In this document: positions 20,099 to 29,504 of the stretch, one piece after another
How positions within the stretch are numbered: the stretch's first letter is position 1
Layout of the letters: every line of letters begins with the position of its first letter
Origin: an uncultured Verrucomicrobiae bacterium
Lineage (GTDB): Bacteria > Verrucomicrobiota > Verrucomicrobiia > Chthoniobacterales > JAFAMB01
Assembly: GCA_963813025.1 (NCBI GenBank)
Contig: CAWEXO010000011.1
Location: forward strand, 480,001 to 544,000
DNA: 64,000 nt
Reading direction: 5' to 3'
Translations under genes and position numbers: made by a program
The notes under the pieces: model-generated
Told to the model about the DNA's origin: nothing
The model's input: only the letters and a program-made list of their open reading frames with translations
Databases searched by the model: none

Positions 20099-21229
20099 CT
20101 AGTACTTAGTTGCTTTAGTTCTTTATATTTATGAAAAATTATGATTTGTTGGATGGATGGCAACGGGTCGCATCAAACTTTCTGTGGAAAAGCGCAAGCT
20201 CTTGGAGGGTTGGAGTCGAGCGCAACGGGTCGAACACCGGCTCAAGGTCAGGAGTCAGATTATCTTGAAGGCGGCAGCGGGCTTGAGTGGACGTGCGATT
20301 GCCAAGAGCCTGCGCATTCCCGAGGTGACGGTGAGTAAATGGCGGCGGCGCTTTGTGCGCCAAGGCCTGGCCGGCTTGGAAGACGCGCCACGCAGTGGAA
20401 AGCCGGCCAAGTTATGATCAAATGACGGTCAAGCGGGTCTTGGCGCTGCTGGATGAAGATCCACCGGCGGGCTACGGGCGCTGGAATGGGCGACTGCTGG
20501 CGCAGAGTCTGGCCGATGTTTCCTCCGATCAAGTCTGGCGCATTTTGCGCCAACAAGGCATTGAATTGGAACGGCGCCGCAGCTGGTGCATTTCCACCGA
20601 TCCGGAGTTTGTGCGCAAGGCCGCTGACATTGTCGGTCTTTATCTCAATCCGCCCCAGAATGCGCTCATCTTGGCCATTGATGAAAAACCAGCCATTCAA
20701 GCCCTGGAAAGAGCCCAAGGTTGGATTCGCTTGCCCAATGGCAGGGCGCTGACGGGTTTTAGCCACGAGTACAAGCGCCATGGCACCTCCACTCTCTTTG
20801 CCGCCCTCAACATTGCCAGCGGCCAAGTGCAGGCTGGTCATTACCGGCGCCAGCGCCGACGGGAATTCCTGGAGTTTATGAACCAGGTAGTTGCCGGAAA
20901 TCTCGACAAAGAAATTCATGTGGTCTTAGACAACCTTGCGACCCATAAGCCAAAGCAAGATCGCTGGTTGAAGGCTCACCCCAATGTGCATTTTCATTTC
21001 ACTCCAACCCACGCTTCTTGGCTCAACCAGATTGAGATCTGGTTTAGTATCTTGAGCCGCCAAGCCCTCCAGGGGGCAAACTTCACCAGCGTGGCAGAGC
21101 TGCGCAACGCCATCGACACCTTCATCAAGAACTACAATAACAATGCGGCTCCCTTCGAATGGACCAAATCCCAGGTACATCAGGGGAGAGTCGCCATACA
21201 TATAACTAACTTACGCAATTAGGCACTAG
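20099..21229 (+). mobile_element. IS630-family IS (copy a)
   Basis: Imperfect IRs ctagtacttagttgctttagtt / aacttacgcaattaggcactag, CTAG at both ends. Confidence 0.88.
20157..21222 (+). pseudogene. IS630 transposase with +1 frameshift at ~20412
   Basis: HTH N-terminus (20157-20417) continues in another frame with IDEK, YKRHGT, LDNLATH, SWLNQIE. Confidence 0.8.
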
Positions 21230-23108
21230 TTCTCAAAATAAGCGAGTTCCGAATGCGACGCGACGAACTTCCCGTTCGGCCAGGCAAATTCTTAGAAAAT
21301 GGTGCAAATCCGATTGGTTCTGGCGACCGAAGGCCCAGGTTTGCTTTTCTCAGGCCAAAACAATGAAAGTTTTTGGAGTTAGTGCGATTTTGGGCGCCGA
21401 TACATGCCTCGCCAGGGCATAGCTCTGCCTTGGAAATTTGAGCGTTCCGCCTAGAGTATCGTCAATAGGCCTGCTTCAGGCAGGTGCCATCCGCCGAAGA
21501 TTTTCCCAGGCAGCGAAGAAGTCTTTTAGCCAACTGTTGTAACCCATGATCCGATAAATGATCCTCCGACCGCTGCGCACGATCTGTGCCGGCAACAACA
21601 CAATGGCATGCAGGAAGCGCCGGAACTCCATCTGGACTAGCTCCAGCCCCCTTTGCCGATTGGGCATAAGCAGTCCATACCAGGATTTGAGATTCCAGGC
21701 CAGGGCACTGATGACCATGTAAGCCCAATTACTGAGGAGATCGTCTACCGGCATGCGCATGGCGTTAACCCCATTTTTGAGTTGCTCGATCACATTTTCC
21801 TGGTCACACCGCTGGTTGGCCAGCGCCACGATCTCTTGGGCCCGATAATTGGTGTGGTTGGTGAGATAGAAGAAGTATTTAATCTCTTCCAAGAGCACCG
21901 TTTCCCCTTTCTGGAGGCTGATGTTTTTGCGCATCACCACCAGCCGATAGCTGCGTCCGCATTTGAGTGGCTGATAATTAAACTCGGCCACGCTTTCGCC
22001 CACCAACTTTTTATTCAAGTACCCCTTAAAGCGCACAATCGCCTCCTTGATCCGATGGGGCTTACGTCGCGGCTCAGTGGCAATTTCATAGCGAGCCAAG
22101 CGTTCAAGCGGCTGCCAGCCTGCTTCCGGCAAGGCTTCGGCCAGTTGCACTACTTTCTGATGAGCATCCATGCCAAAGAGAAATTTGATCCCTTGGCTAT
22201 CCCAACGATCTAACTCGGCGCTGAGCGTAAAATCGCTGTCCCCGCGCAGCGTGATCTCACCGGCATGGGGGCGCACTAACTCGATGGCCCGCTCAATCCA
22301 TGGCACACATCCTTCATGGCTGACGACGTTGCCCGGCCGATTAACCAGATAAAGCACTTCTCGGGTGTTTGCCAACGAGACAATCAAGGGCGCATAACCC
22401 CAGATGCCTTTGTAGGAAAGCCCTACTCCGCCTTTGCACGCCCCTAAAGTCGGAGCCATTGTGCCATCGATATCAAGAAAGGCTTGGGCAAGAAAAGCCC
22501 GAGGCTGCTTTTTCCACACCCGCTGCCGAGTCGTGTTGATGGCTTCCAGCAAATCCAGAATCGAGCCTTGGTCAAAGCGCCGGGTGAAATCTCCGCTGGT
22601 AGTCGGATCAGGGATACGTTGCGCGCCCAGACCCTCCAGGAAAGCTTCATCGTTGCGCCGCAACTCGATATCTTCCAGCCGTTGGCCATCGAACAGTGCA
22701 TTGTAGGCCAGGTTCAACACATGATCGCTTTCGTGATAGGGCAAATGCCGCTTGAGAAGCTGCACCCGCCCATCGATCTCCTCGGCTAATCCTAGCCGCT
22801 GCCCCATTAGATGGATCGCGCCAATACCGCCGTAGTTTACCGCCCGGTTACGTTCAGCCATCTCAAAATGGATGTTGCTGGCACTCAGCATCGGTGTCGG
22901 CTGTTCACTCCATCGCCGCTCAGGATCCAAACGACGTTCGATTCGGCGCTTGCGATTACGCAGGATCTTCGGATAACTTCTACTCACTCGAAATGCCTTT
23001 CTTCCTTGGTCTGGTTAGCTTTGCACTTCCCAGCAAACCAAGCATCGAAGCGCATTTCGAGCTTTTTTGTCCCCTCATGCGGTTAAATCACGCTTCCTTA
23101 AGGACTAG
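21226..23108 (-). mobile_element. IS1380-family IS, tandem copy 1
   Basis: Ends ctagttctcaaaataagcg / cgcttccttaaggactag; near-identical to the adjacent copy. Confidence 0.85.
21476..22987 (-). CDS. IS1380-family DDE transposase
   Basis: LDIDGT, LRGDSDF, ENVIEQLK; 503 aa. Confidence 0.88.
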   Translation of the reverse strand: MSRSYPKILRNRKRRIERRLDPERRWSEQPTPMLSASNIHFEMAERNRAVNYGGIGAIHLMGQRLGLAEEIDGRVQLLKRHLPYHESDHVLNLAYNALFDGQRLEDIELRRNDEAFLEGLGAQRIPDPTTSGDFTRRFDQGSILDLLEAINTTRQRVWKKQPRAFLAQAFLDIDGTMAPTLGACKGGVGLSYKGIWGYAPLIVSLANTREVLYLVNRPGNVVSHEGCVPWIERAIELVRPHAGEITLRGDSDFTLSAELDRWDSQGIKFLFGMDAHQKVVQLAEALPEAGWQPLERLARYEIATEPRRKPHRIKEAIVRFKGYLNKKLVGESVAEFNYQPLKCGRSYRLVVMRKNISLQKGETVLLEEIKYFFYLTNHTNYRAQEIVALANQRCDQENVIEQLKNGVNAMRMPVDDLLSNWAYMVISALAWNLKSWYGLLMPNRQRGLELVQMEFRRFLHAIVLLPAQIVRSGRRIIYRIMGYNSWLKDFFAAWENLRRMAPA

Positions 23109-24987
23109 TCTCAAAATAAGCGAGTTCCGAATGCGACGCGACGAACTTCCCGTTCGGCCAGGCAAATTCTTAGAAAATGGTGCAAATCCGGTTGGTTCTG
23201 GCGACCGAAGGCCCAGGTTTGCTTTTCTCAGGCCAAAACAATGAAAGTTTTTGGAGTTAGTGCGATTTTGGGCGCCGATACATGCCTCGCCAGGGCATAG
23301 CTCTGCCTTGGAAATTTGAGCGTTCCGCCTAGAGTATCGTCAATAGGCCTGCTTCAGGCAGGTGCCATCCGCCGAAGATTTTCCCAGGCAGCGAAGAAGT
23401 CTTTTAGCCAACTGTTGTAACCCATGATCCGATAAATGATCCTCCGACCGCTGCGCACGATCTGTGCCGGCAACAACACAATGGCATGCAGGAAGCGCCG
23501 GAACTCCATCTGGACTAGCTCCAGCCCCCTTTGCCGATTGGGCATAAGCAGTCCATACCAGGATTTGAGATTCCAGGCCAGGGCACTGATGACCATGTAA
23601 GCCCAATTACTGAGGAGATCGTCTACCGGCATGCGCATGGCGTTAACCCCATTTTTGAGTTGCTCGATCACATTCTCCTGGTCACACCGCTGGTTGGCCA
23701 GCGCCACGATCTCTTGGGCCCGATAATTGGTGTGGTTGGTGAGATAGAAGAAGTATCTAATCTCTTCCAAGAGCACCGTTTCCCCTTTCTGGAGGCTGAT
23801 GTTTTTGCGCATCACCACCAGCCGATAGCTGCGTCCGCATTTGAGTGGCTGATAATTAAACTCGGCCACGCTTTCGCCCACCAACTTTTTGTTCAAGTAC
23901 CCCTTAAACCGCACAATTGCCTCCTTGACCCGAAGGGGCTTACGTCGCGGCTCAGTGGCAATTTCATAGCGAGCCAAGCGTTCCAGCGGCTGCCAGCCTG
24001 CTTCCGGCAAGGCTTCGGCCAGTTGCACTACTTTCTGATGAGCATCCATGCCAAAGAGAAATTTGATCCCTTGGCTATCCCAACGATCTAACTCGGCGCT
24101 GAGCGTAAAATCGCTGTCCCCGCGCAGCGTGATCTCACCGGCATGGGGGCGCACCAACTCGATGGCCCGCTCAATCCATGGCACACATCCTTCATGGCTG
24201 ACGACGTTGCCCGGCCGATTAACCAGATAAAGCACTTCTCGGGTGTTTGCCAACGAGACAATCAAGGGCGCATAACCCCAGATGCCTTTGTAGGAAAGCC
24301 CTACTCCGCCTTTGCACGCCCCTAAAGTCGGAGCCATTGTGCCATCGATATCAAGAAAGGCTTGGGCAAGAAAAGCCCGAGGCTGCTTTTTCCACACCCG
24401 CTGCCGAGTCGTGTTGATGGCTTCCAGCAAATCCAGAATCGAGCCTTGGTCAAAGCGCCGGGTGAAATCTCCGCTGGTAGTCGGATCAGGGATACGTTGC
24501 GCGCCCAGACCCTCCAGGAAAGCTTCATCGTTGCGCCGCAACTCGATATCTTCCAGCCGTTGGCCATCCAACAGTGCATTGTAGGCCAGGTTCAACACAT
24601 GATCGCTTTCGTGATAGGGCAAATGCCGCTTGAGAAGCTGCACCCGCCCATCGATCTCCTCGGCTAATCCTAGCCGCTGCCCCATTAGATGGATCGCGCC
24701 AATACCGCCGTAGTTTACCGCCCGGTTACGTTCAGCCATCTCAAAATGGATGTTGCTGGCACTCAGCATCGGTGTCGGCTGTTCACTCCATCGCCGCTCA
24801 GGATCCAAACGACGTTCGATTCGGCGCTTGCGATTACGCAGGATCTTCGGATAACTTCTACTCACTCGAAATGCCTTTCTTCCTTGGTCTGGTTAGCTTT
24901 GCACTTCCCAGCAAACCAAGCATCGAAGCGCATTTCGAGCTTTTTTTGTCCCCTCATGCGGTTAAATCACGCTTCCTTAAGGACTAG
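23105..24987 (-). mobile_element. IS1380-family IS, tandem copy 2
   Basis: Direct repeat of 21226-23108 sharing CTAG at 23105-23108. Confidence 0.85.
23354..24865 (-). CDS. IS1380-family DDE transposase
   Basis: 503 aa; 4 amino-acid differences from copy 1 seen by eye. Confidence 0.88.
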   Translation of the reverse strand: MSRSYPKILRNRKRRIERRLDPERRWSEQPTPMLSASNIHFEMAERNRAVNYGGIGAIHLMGQRLGLAEEIDGRVQLLKRHLPYHESDHVLNLAYNALLDGQRLEDIELRRNDEAFLEGLGAQRIPDPTTSGDFTRRFDQGSILDLLEAINTTRQRVWKKQPRAFLAQAFLDIDGTMAPTLGACKGGVGLSYKGIWGYAPLIVSLANTREVLYLVNRPGNVVSHEGCVPWIERAIELVRPHAGEITLRGDSDFTLSAELDRWDSQGIKFLFGMDAHQKVVQLAEALPEAGWQPLERLARYEIATEPRRKPLRVKEAIVRFKGYLNKKLVGESVAEFNYQPLKCGRSYRLVVMRKNISLQKGETVLLEEIRYFFYLTNHTNYRAQEIVALANQRCDQENVIEQLKNGVNAMRMPVDDLLSNWAYMVISALAWNLKSWYGLLMPNRQRGLELVQMEFRRFLHAIVLLPAQIVRSGRRIIYRIMGYNSWLKDFFAAWENLRRMAPA

Positions 24988-25084
24988 TGTAGCGTCTCTT
25001 AAATAATGGTGAGTCATTTTTGGAGGATTCCCCAGAAGCGGAACAGATAAAAGTGTCACTATGATTTCAGAGACACATGACTAG
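24984..25084. mobile_element. 101-bp MITE (IS630-like ends), copy 1
   Basis: ctagtgtagcgtctc...gagacacatgactag; identical to 58003-58103. Confidence 0.8.
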
Positions 25085-25137
25085 CTTACAGCTCGTTTAT
25101 TATTACCAGCTATTTAACAAAGATGACATTAGTTACT

Positions 25138-25503
25138 TTAGGACGGGAATGTATAGGAGATCGGGAGAAGGTACACGCCACTTACTGAGGGTTTGAATTG
25201 CCAGTGCAAGTGTACCCAGCGGGAAGAATAAGCTGCCAAGATCGCGCTGGTGGATTCTGCGGTCACCTTTATCATTTTACCCTTCACCACCTGGATGCGA
25301 ACTTGGACATCGCATTTAAGCTTAAGGGAGCGTACCTCCTGGGGATAAGTTGGTATTGGGTGCTGGCTGGCAACCCGGTCGAGCGCGATTCCCGTAACGA
25401 CTAGTGGTTTGAGTTCCGCTGCTAACGATTGGTAAGCAGTCGACGAGAAGATAGTGATTGTTATGATCGCGATAAAACTTCGAATAAGCCTGAGTTTTGA
25501 CAT
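25138..25503 (-). CDS. Small secreted protein with TonB C-terminal-like domain
   Basis: Signal peptide; P.PTYP...V.V...WQFKP...LPISY pattern; lower GC than surroundings. Confidence 0.6.
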   Translation of the reverse strand: MSKLRLIRSFIAIITITIFSSTAYQSLAAELKPLVVTGIALDRVASQHPIPTYPQEVRSLKLKCDVQVRIQVVKGKMIKVTAESTSAILAAYSSRWVHLHWQFKPSVSGVYLLPISYTFPS

Positions 25504-25883
25504 AGATATGTTATCTCTAATTGGTTCTTGGTAATTGCACGGTAGGTTACAGCGTGCCGATTTTTTGTCTGTAACCCGAACGGATGAAGGACGACTGGTG
25601 CGGTGACCGTGTACAGAGCATGCCTTAGCCATTGATCAAGCGTTTGACGCCTGGCTGAGTTTCATCAAAACTAACAAGATAGCCGAGGCGGAGATTGGCC
25701 AGGCGGGTGTACGTCAGAACTTGCTTCGGGTACAGCCGGGAGCGGCTTTGATTTCAGTGCGAGAAAAATCCGTTCTCAACGAAACAAAATGTAATATTTG
25801 TCAATCACTCCGTAGTATTACTGTCCGTGAAAATCTTGTTTTCCTGCGAGGATTTACGAGGAGGTGAACAGTTTGAAGGTTGA

Positions 25884-25936
25884 CCGGCAAGATGCCAGTG
25901 TCACGACGGGAAAGTGGCACAGGCTTCCAGCCTGTC
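25884..25936. repeat. REP-like palindrome pair
   Basis: ccggcaagatgccagtgtcac...gtggcacaggcttccagcctgtc. Confidence 0.55.
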
Positions 25937-26233
25937 AGTGGAGTCTGCGCGGATGCTCTGGTTGCGGCTCTGCTGCGCCGTGCACACCGTGGCCTCCGTT
26001 CGAGGCTCTCTTGTGCTCCGCCGGCGATTGCCTTGGAAGTTCATGCGCCGCGGGAGCGGGGCTCGGTCGTTATCAAAGAAATTACCGCCAAGATACCCGG
26101 CGCTTTATTTTATCTCGGCGGCAATATCCCCAGCATTGATGGCCGGCGCGCTTTCAGGAATTTTTGGAACCGCAGCCACTCGTGCGGCAGTCGAGCCATT
26201 TGCTGATCAAAAAAAGAGAAGAACTGACCTGCC

Positions 26234-27601
26234 TCAGCCCTCTCGCTCTTCCCCTGAATCGAGGTTGAGTCCCAACTGAAGGTCGAGTACCGGAATCGTG
26301 GGTAGCGAATTCGCACCGATAATCCCCTGCAGATCCCCGTACATACCTGAGACGCTGTTGAGGACTCCATCGATCTGCTTCTCCCGCGCATTCCAATGGC
26401 TGCTAATCGCGCGCTTTTCGCGCTCCAGCGCCAACTGCATCTGGATAAACGTCTGGAGAATTGCGTTCACCCGTTCGCGGAACTCCGGTCCGGTGAGATA
26501 CTGATATAGTACGTTCATTTTCTGGTCGCGCCCTTCGGCCGAGAGTCGCGCATATGCCAGGCTGATGACCTGTTGCCGGAGCACCGTGGCCAGTCCAGGC
26601 AGGGCCGTGAGGTCGCAAACCCAGATTCCTTCAATTTGCTCAAAATGCCGGACGCCGTCCGGCAGAGAAGTGGAGACCAGCACGCCAAACTCCGATTTAC
26701 CCGCTATCATGTCTTTGCGCACCTTCTCCAGCCAGCGTTGATTCCAATTTTGCGCGTTTTTTGTTTCCCAAGTGATCGTACCGCAGGTTCGTCCACCGGT
26801 TGCCACCACCGTCTGGAGCACGTCCGCGCCATGCACCCCTTTGGCGATGGCGTGAACCCCATCGGTGGGAAAGCGGGTGTGCAATTCGCGCTCCAAGATC
26901 AGCTCGAGTGCCTCCCCCTGCAGTTGCTGCGAGCCCTGCTCCATTCGTCGGCGCAGATCCTCCGCTGCTAAACGGGCATCATCCCGTTGTTTTTCCAGCT
27001 CGGCCTGCTTCAAGCGCAAGGTATCGAGTTCCGTCTGATATTTTTCGCGAGCCGCCTGGTCCGCCTGGCGGGCAGATTCCCGACCAAGGTTTTCCCTGGT
27101 TTCGCAAATCGCTTGGGCGATCGCAGCTTCTTTCTCGACCTGAAGTTGAGTGACTTTGGCCAAGAGCTCGACCCCTTCCCTGCTCTTTTGCGAGAGCTGA
27201 TCGGTCAAATTCTGGAGCAAGCTGTTCTGTTGTTGGAAACGTTCTTCGAACAGTCGTTCCCGGATCTGCGACCGCTCATGCTCTTCTTCAGACGCTTGAC
27301 GCCGAGCGCGTTCCAACTCGATTCGCGCTATGCCCATTAGCCGTTCGTGCTCCGCGCGCGCCTTGAACAGTTGCTCCTGGACGGCACTCAGCTGTTGCTC
27401 GTAGCCCTTGGAGAGGTCGGCCACCAGGCTCGTCCGAACGCTCTCCGAAAACCTGGCTCGCTCTTCGACGAGGTCACGCTGCCTTCGCTGAACAATAGCC
27501 TCGCTCAGCGCCTCCCGTAGACGGAAACGATGTGCCCGATCGGCTGGGCAAGCAATCTCTTCGTCGAGGCTAATCAAGATGAAATCAGAATCCCCACTCA
27601 T
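26234..27601 (-). CDS. DUF2130-like coiled-coil protein
   Basis: Long coiled coil, GSQQLQGEALE, FPTD, GADVLQ, WETK...W. Confidence 0.82.
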   Translation of the reverse strand: MSGDSDFILISLDEEIACPADRAHRFRLREALSEAIVQRRQRDLVEERARFSESVRTSLVADLSKGYEQQLSAVQEQLFKARAEHERLMGIARIELERARRQASEEEHERSQIRERLFEERFQQQNSLLQNLTDQLSQKSREGVELLAKVTQLQVEKEAAIAQAICETRENLGRESARQADQAAREKYQTELDTLRLKQAELEKQRDDARLAAEDLRRRMEQGSQQLQGEALELILERELHTRFPTDGVHAIAKGVHGADVLQTVVATGGRTCGTITWETKNAQNWNQRWLEKVRKDMIAGKSEFGVLVSTSLPDGVRHFEQIEGIWVCDLTALPGLATVLRQQVISLAYARLSAEGRDQKMNVLYQYLTGPEFRERVNAILQTFIQMQLALEREKRAISSHWNAREKQIDGVLNSVSGMYGDLQGIIGANSLPTIPVLDLQLGLNLDSGEEREG

Positions 27602-27739
27602 AGAATCAAATCGAGCGCGACTTTGCCGCCGCACGCTTCTCCATGTTTTCTCTTTAGTCGGTCAGCCGCAAAAGGGAAAGCAGCGGGTTGAGCGGCTTGA
27701 GCGGCCGTCCGCGCTACGCTCAGGCCGTTCAACCCGCTT

Positions 27740-28870
27740 TTAGACGATGACAATGTCGATCCCTGGCAGCTCTCGAATGAGATCGTCGTGCAGAGCCCGA
27801 CCGAAAGGCCAAAGGCGCTTTTTGCCAGGACGCCCGAGCACCACGTGCGTGATGCCATATTCTTTGGCAAACGAGATCAAGGCGCGCGCGACGTCTTCGT
27901 TCTTTAGCGAAATGACAAGACCGCCCATCTTTTGCGCGGCCTCCAGCGTATCGGCTACACGCCGCTGCACCTCGGCGTCAATCTTCACCGCGGATTCCTG
28001 CGGAGTGCGTACGTAGACTGCGTACCACGCAGCATTGAGTTGGGCCGCCAGCCGGGCCGTCTTTCGGAGAAGACGGCCAGGATCCGGACCGCTGCTGCTG
28101 ATGGCCACCATGACCTGGCCTAACGCGCTCGTCTTTGAATCCTGTTCTGACGTTTCTCGCTGTTTGCGGTCGAGCAGATTAGCAGTCTCGCTCAGGGTCA
28201 TCTCGCGCAGACGTGTGAGATTTTTGCTGGTGAAGAAGTTGGCCAGGGCCAATTCGATTCGTTCCTTCGGATAGATCTTGCCGGCTTGCAGGCGTTCCTG
28301 CAGATCTTCGGCAGGCAGGTCAATGTTAATGATCTGATCGGCCCGCGCGATCACTTCGTCCGGCACTCGTTCTTTGACCCTTACCCCGGTTGCTTCCTCG
28401 ACAATGTTATAGAGGGACTCGAAATGCTGGACGTTTACCGTCGTGATGACACTGATGCCGGCTCGGAGCAGGTCTTCAACGTCCTCATACCTCTTACGGT
28501 TGCGGCTCTGCGGGGCATTGCTGTGGGCAAGTTCATCGACAAGCGCCACCGTCGGTTTGCGTTCAAGAACCGCATCCAGATCCATCTCGCGCACAACAAT
28601 CCCGTGATACTGCGCCATTAACGGTGGGACGATTTCCAAGTCGTTAATCTGCGCGATGGTTTCCGGGCGGTCATGCGGCTCAACATAGCCAATTACCACA
28701 TCGACGCCCTGTCGCCTCAAGCGATTACCCTCTGCCAGCATCTGGTAGGTCTTACCAACACCGGCACACGGCCCGAGATAGACCTTTAGCTTTCCTAATT
28801 GCTGCCGGCGAATAATCGTCAAAAAATCGTCAGCCGTAGGTCTTAGATTCGGGGGGTCGACCGACGTCAT
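27740..28870 (-). CDS. kdpD: KdpD N-terminal sensor + Usp domain (no kinase module)
   Basis: GKLKVYLG...GVGKTY, VDELAHSN, NVQHFESL; C-terminal Usp-like domain. Confidence 0.88.
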   Translation of the reverse strand: MTSVDPPNLRPTADDFLTIIRRQQLGKLKVYLGPCAGVGKTYQMLAEGNRLRRQGVDVVIGYVEPHDRPETIAQINDLEIVPPLMAQYHGIVVREMDLDAVLERKPTVALVDELAHSNAPQSRNRKRYEDVEDLLRAGISVITTVNVQHFESLYNIVEEATGVRVKERVPDEVIARADQIINIDLPAEDLQERLQAGKIYPKERIELALANFFTSKNLTRLREMTLSETANLLDRKQRETSEQDSKTSALGQVMVAISSSGPDPGRLLRKTARLAAQLNAAWYAVYVRTPQESAVKIDAEVQRRVADTLEAAQKMGGLVISLKNEDVARALISFAKEYGITHVVLGRPGKKRLWPFGRALHDDLIRELPGIDIVIV

Positions 28871-28873
28871 ACG

Positions 28874-29485
28874 CTAAAGAGATTTTTGCGTTTTGTCGCT
28901 GGTCAGGCGGTCCAGAGCCAGATTGAGCTCCAGAACATTCACCCCCTCGTCACCACCCAGAAAGCCGAGCAAGGGGTGCCTGGTCGCGCGGACGATTTCA
29001 GCGTCAACCGCGGCCTGCTTCAGCCCACGTTCCTTGGTGACGCGCGGCGCCTGAAGCTTCGCATTGGCGGAACTGATGTCAGGATCGAGCCCGCTCCCTG
29101 AAGCCGTCACCGCATCAGCAGGTACGAGCGTCGAAGCGGACAATCCATTCTCTTTGCGATAGGCTTCGATATTGGCTTTGATCGTATCGACCAACTTTTG
29201 CGAAGTTGGCCCGAGGTTTGAGCCGCCCGAGTTTAGCACATCATAGGGATAAGTGCTGATGGCCGAGGGGCGCGGATGAAAATATTGTGGACCACTAAAG
29301 CCCTGCGCCAGCAATGCGGAACCGGCTACCTGACCATTGTTATCCACGAGACTACCGTTGGCCTGCCGGGGAAAGAGGATTTGGCTTAGGCCCCAAATCA
29401 AGACCGGATAAATTCCGCTGACAACGATACAAAGAATCACCGTCGCCAGGATTGAATTCTTCAGTTCTATTAGAAATGTTTTCAT
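28874..29485 (-). CDS. kdpC: K+-transporting ATPase subunit C
   Basis: QANGSL, YFHPRPS, VTASGSGLDPDIS, VNVLELNLALD. Confidence 0.95.
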   Translation of the reverse strand: MKTFLIELKNSILATVILCIVVSGIYPVLIWGLSQILFPRQANGSLVDNNGQVAGSALLAQGFSGPQYFHPRPSAISTYPYDVLNSGGSNLGPTSQKLVDTIKANIEAYRKENGLSASTLVPADAVTASGSGLDPDISSANAKLQAPRVTKERGLKQAAVDAEIVRATRHPLLGFLGGDEGVNVLELNLALDRLTSDKTQKSL

Positions 29486-29504
29486 AATTCGGGCAAGATT
29501 TTGG

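Noticed and set aside
20400..20420. Programmed frameshift in IS630 copy a
   Set aside because: No slippery A-run or heptamer at the shift; looks like a single extra T
25864..26279. Overlapping short ORFs next to the DUF2130 gene
   Set aside because: They run through REP palindromes and have no recognisable protein features
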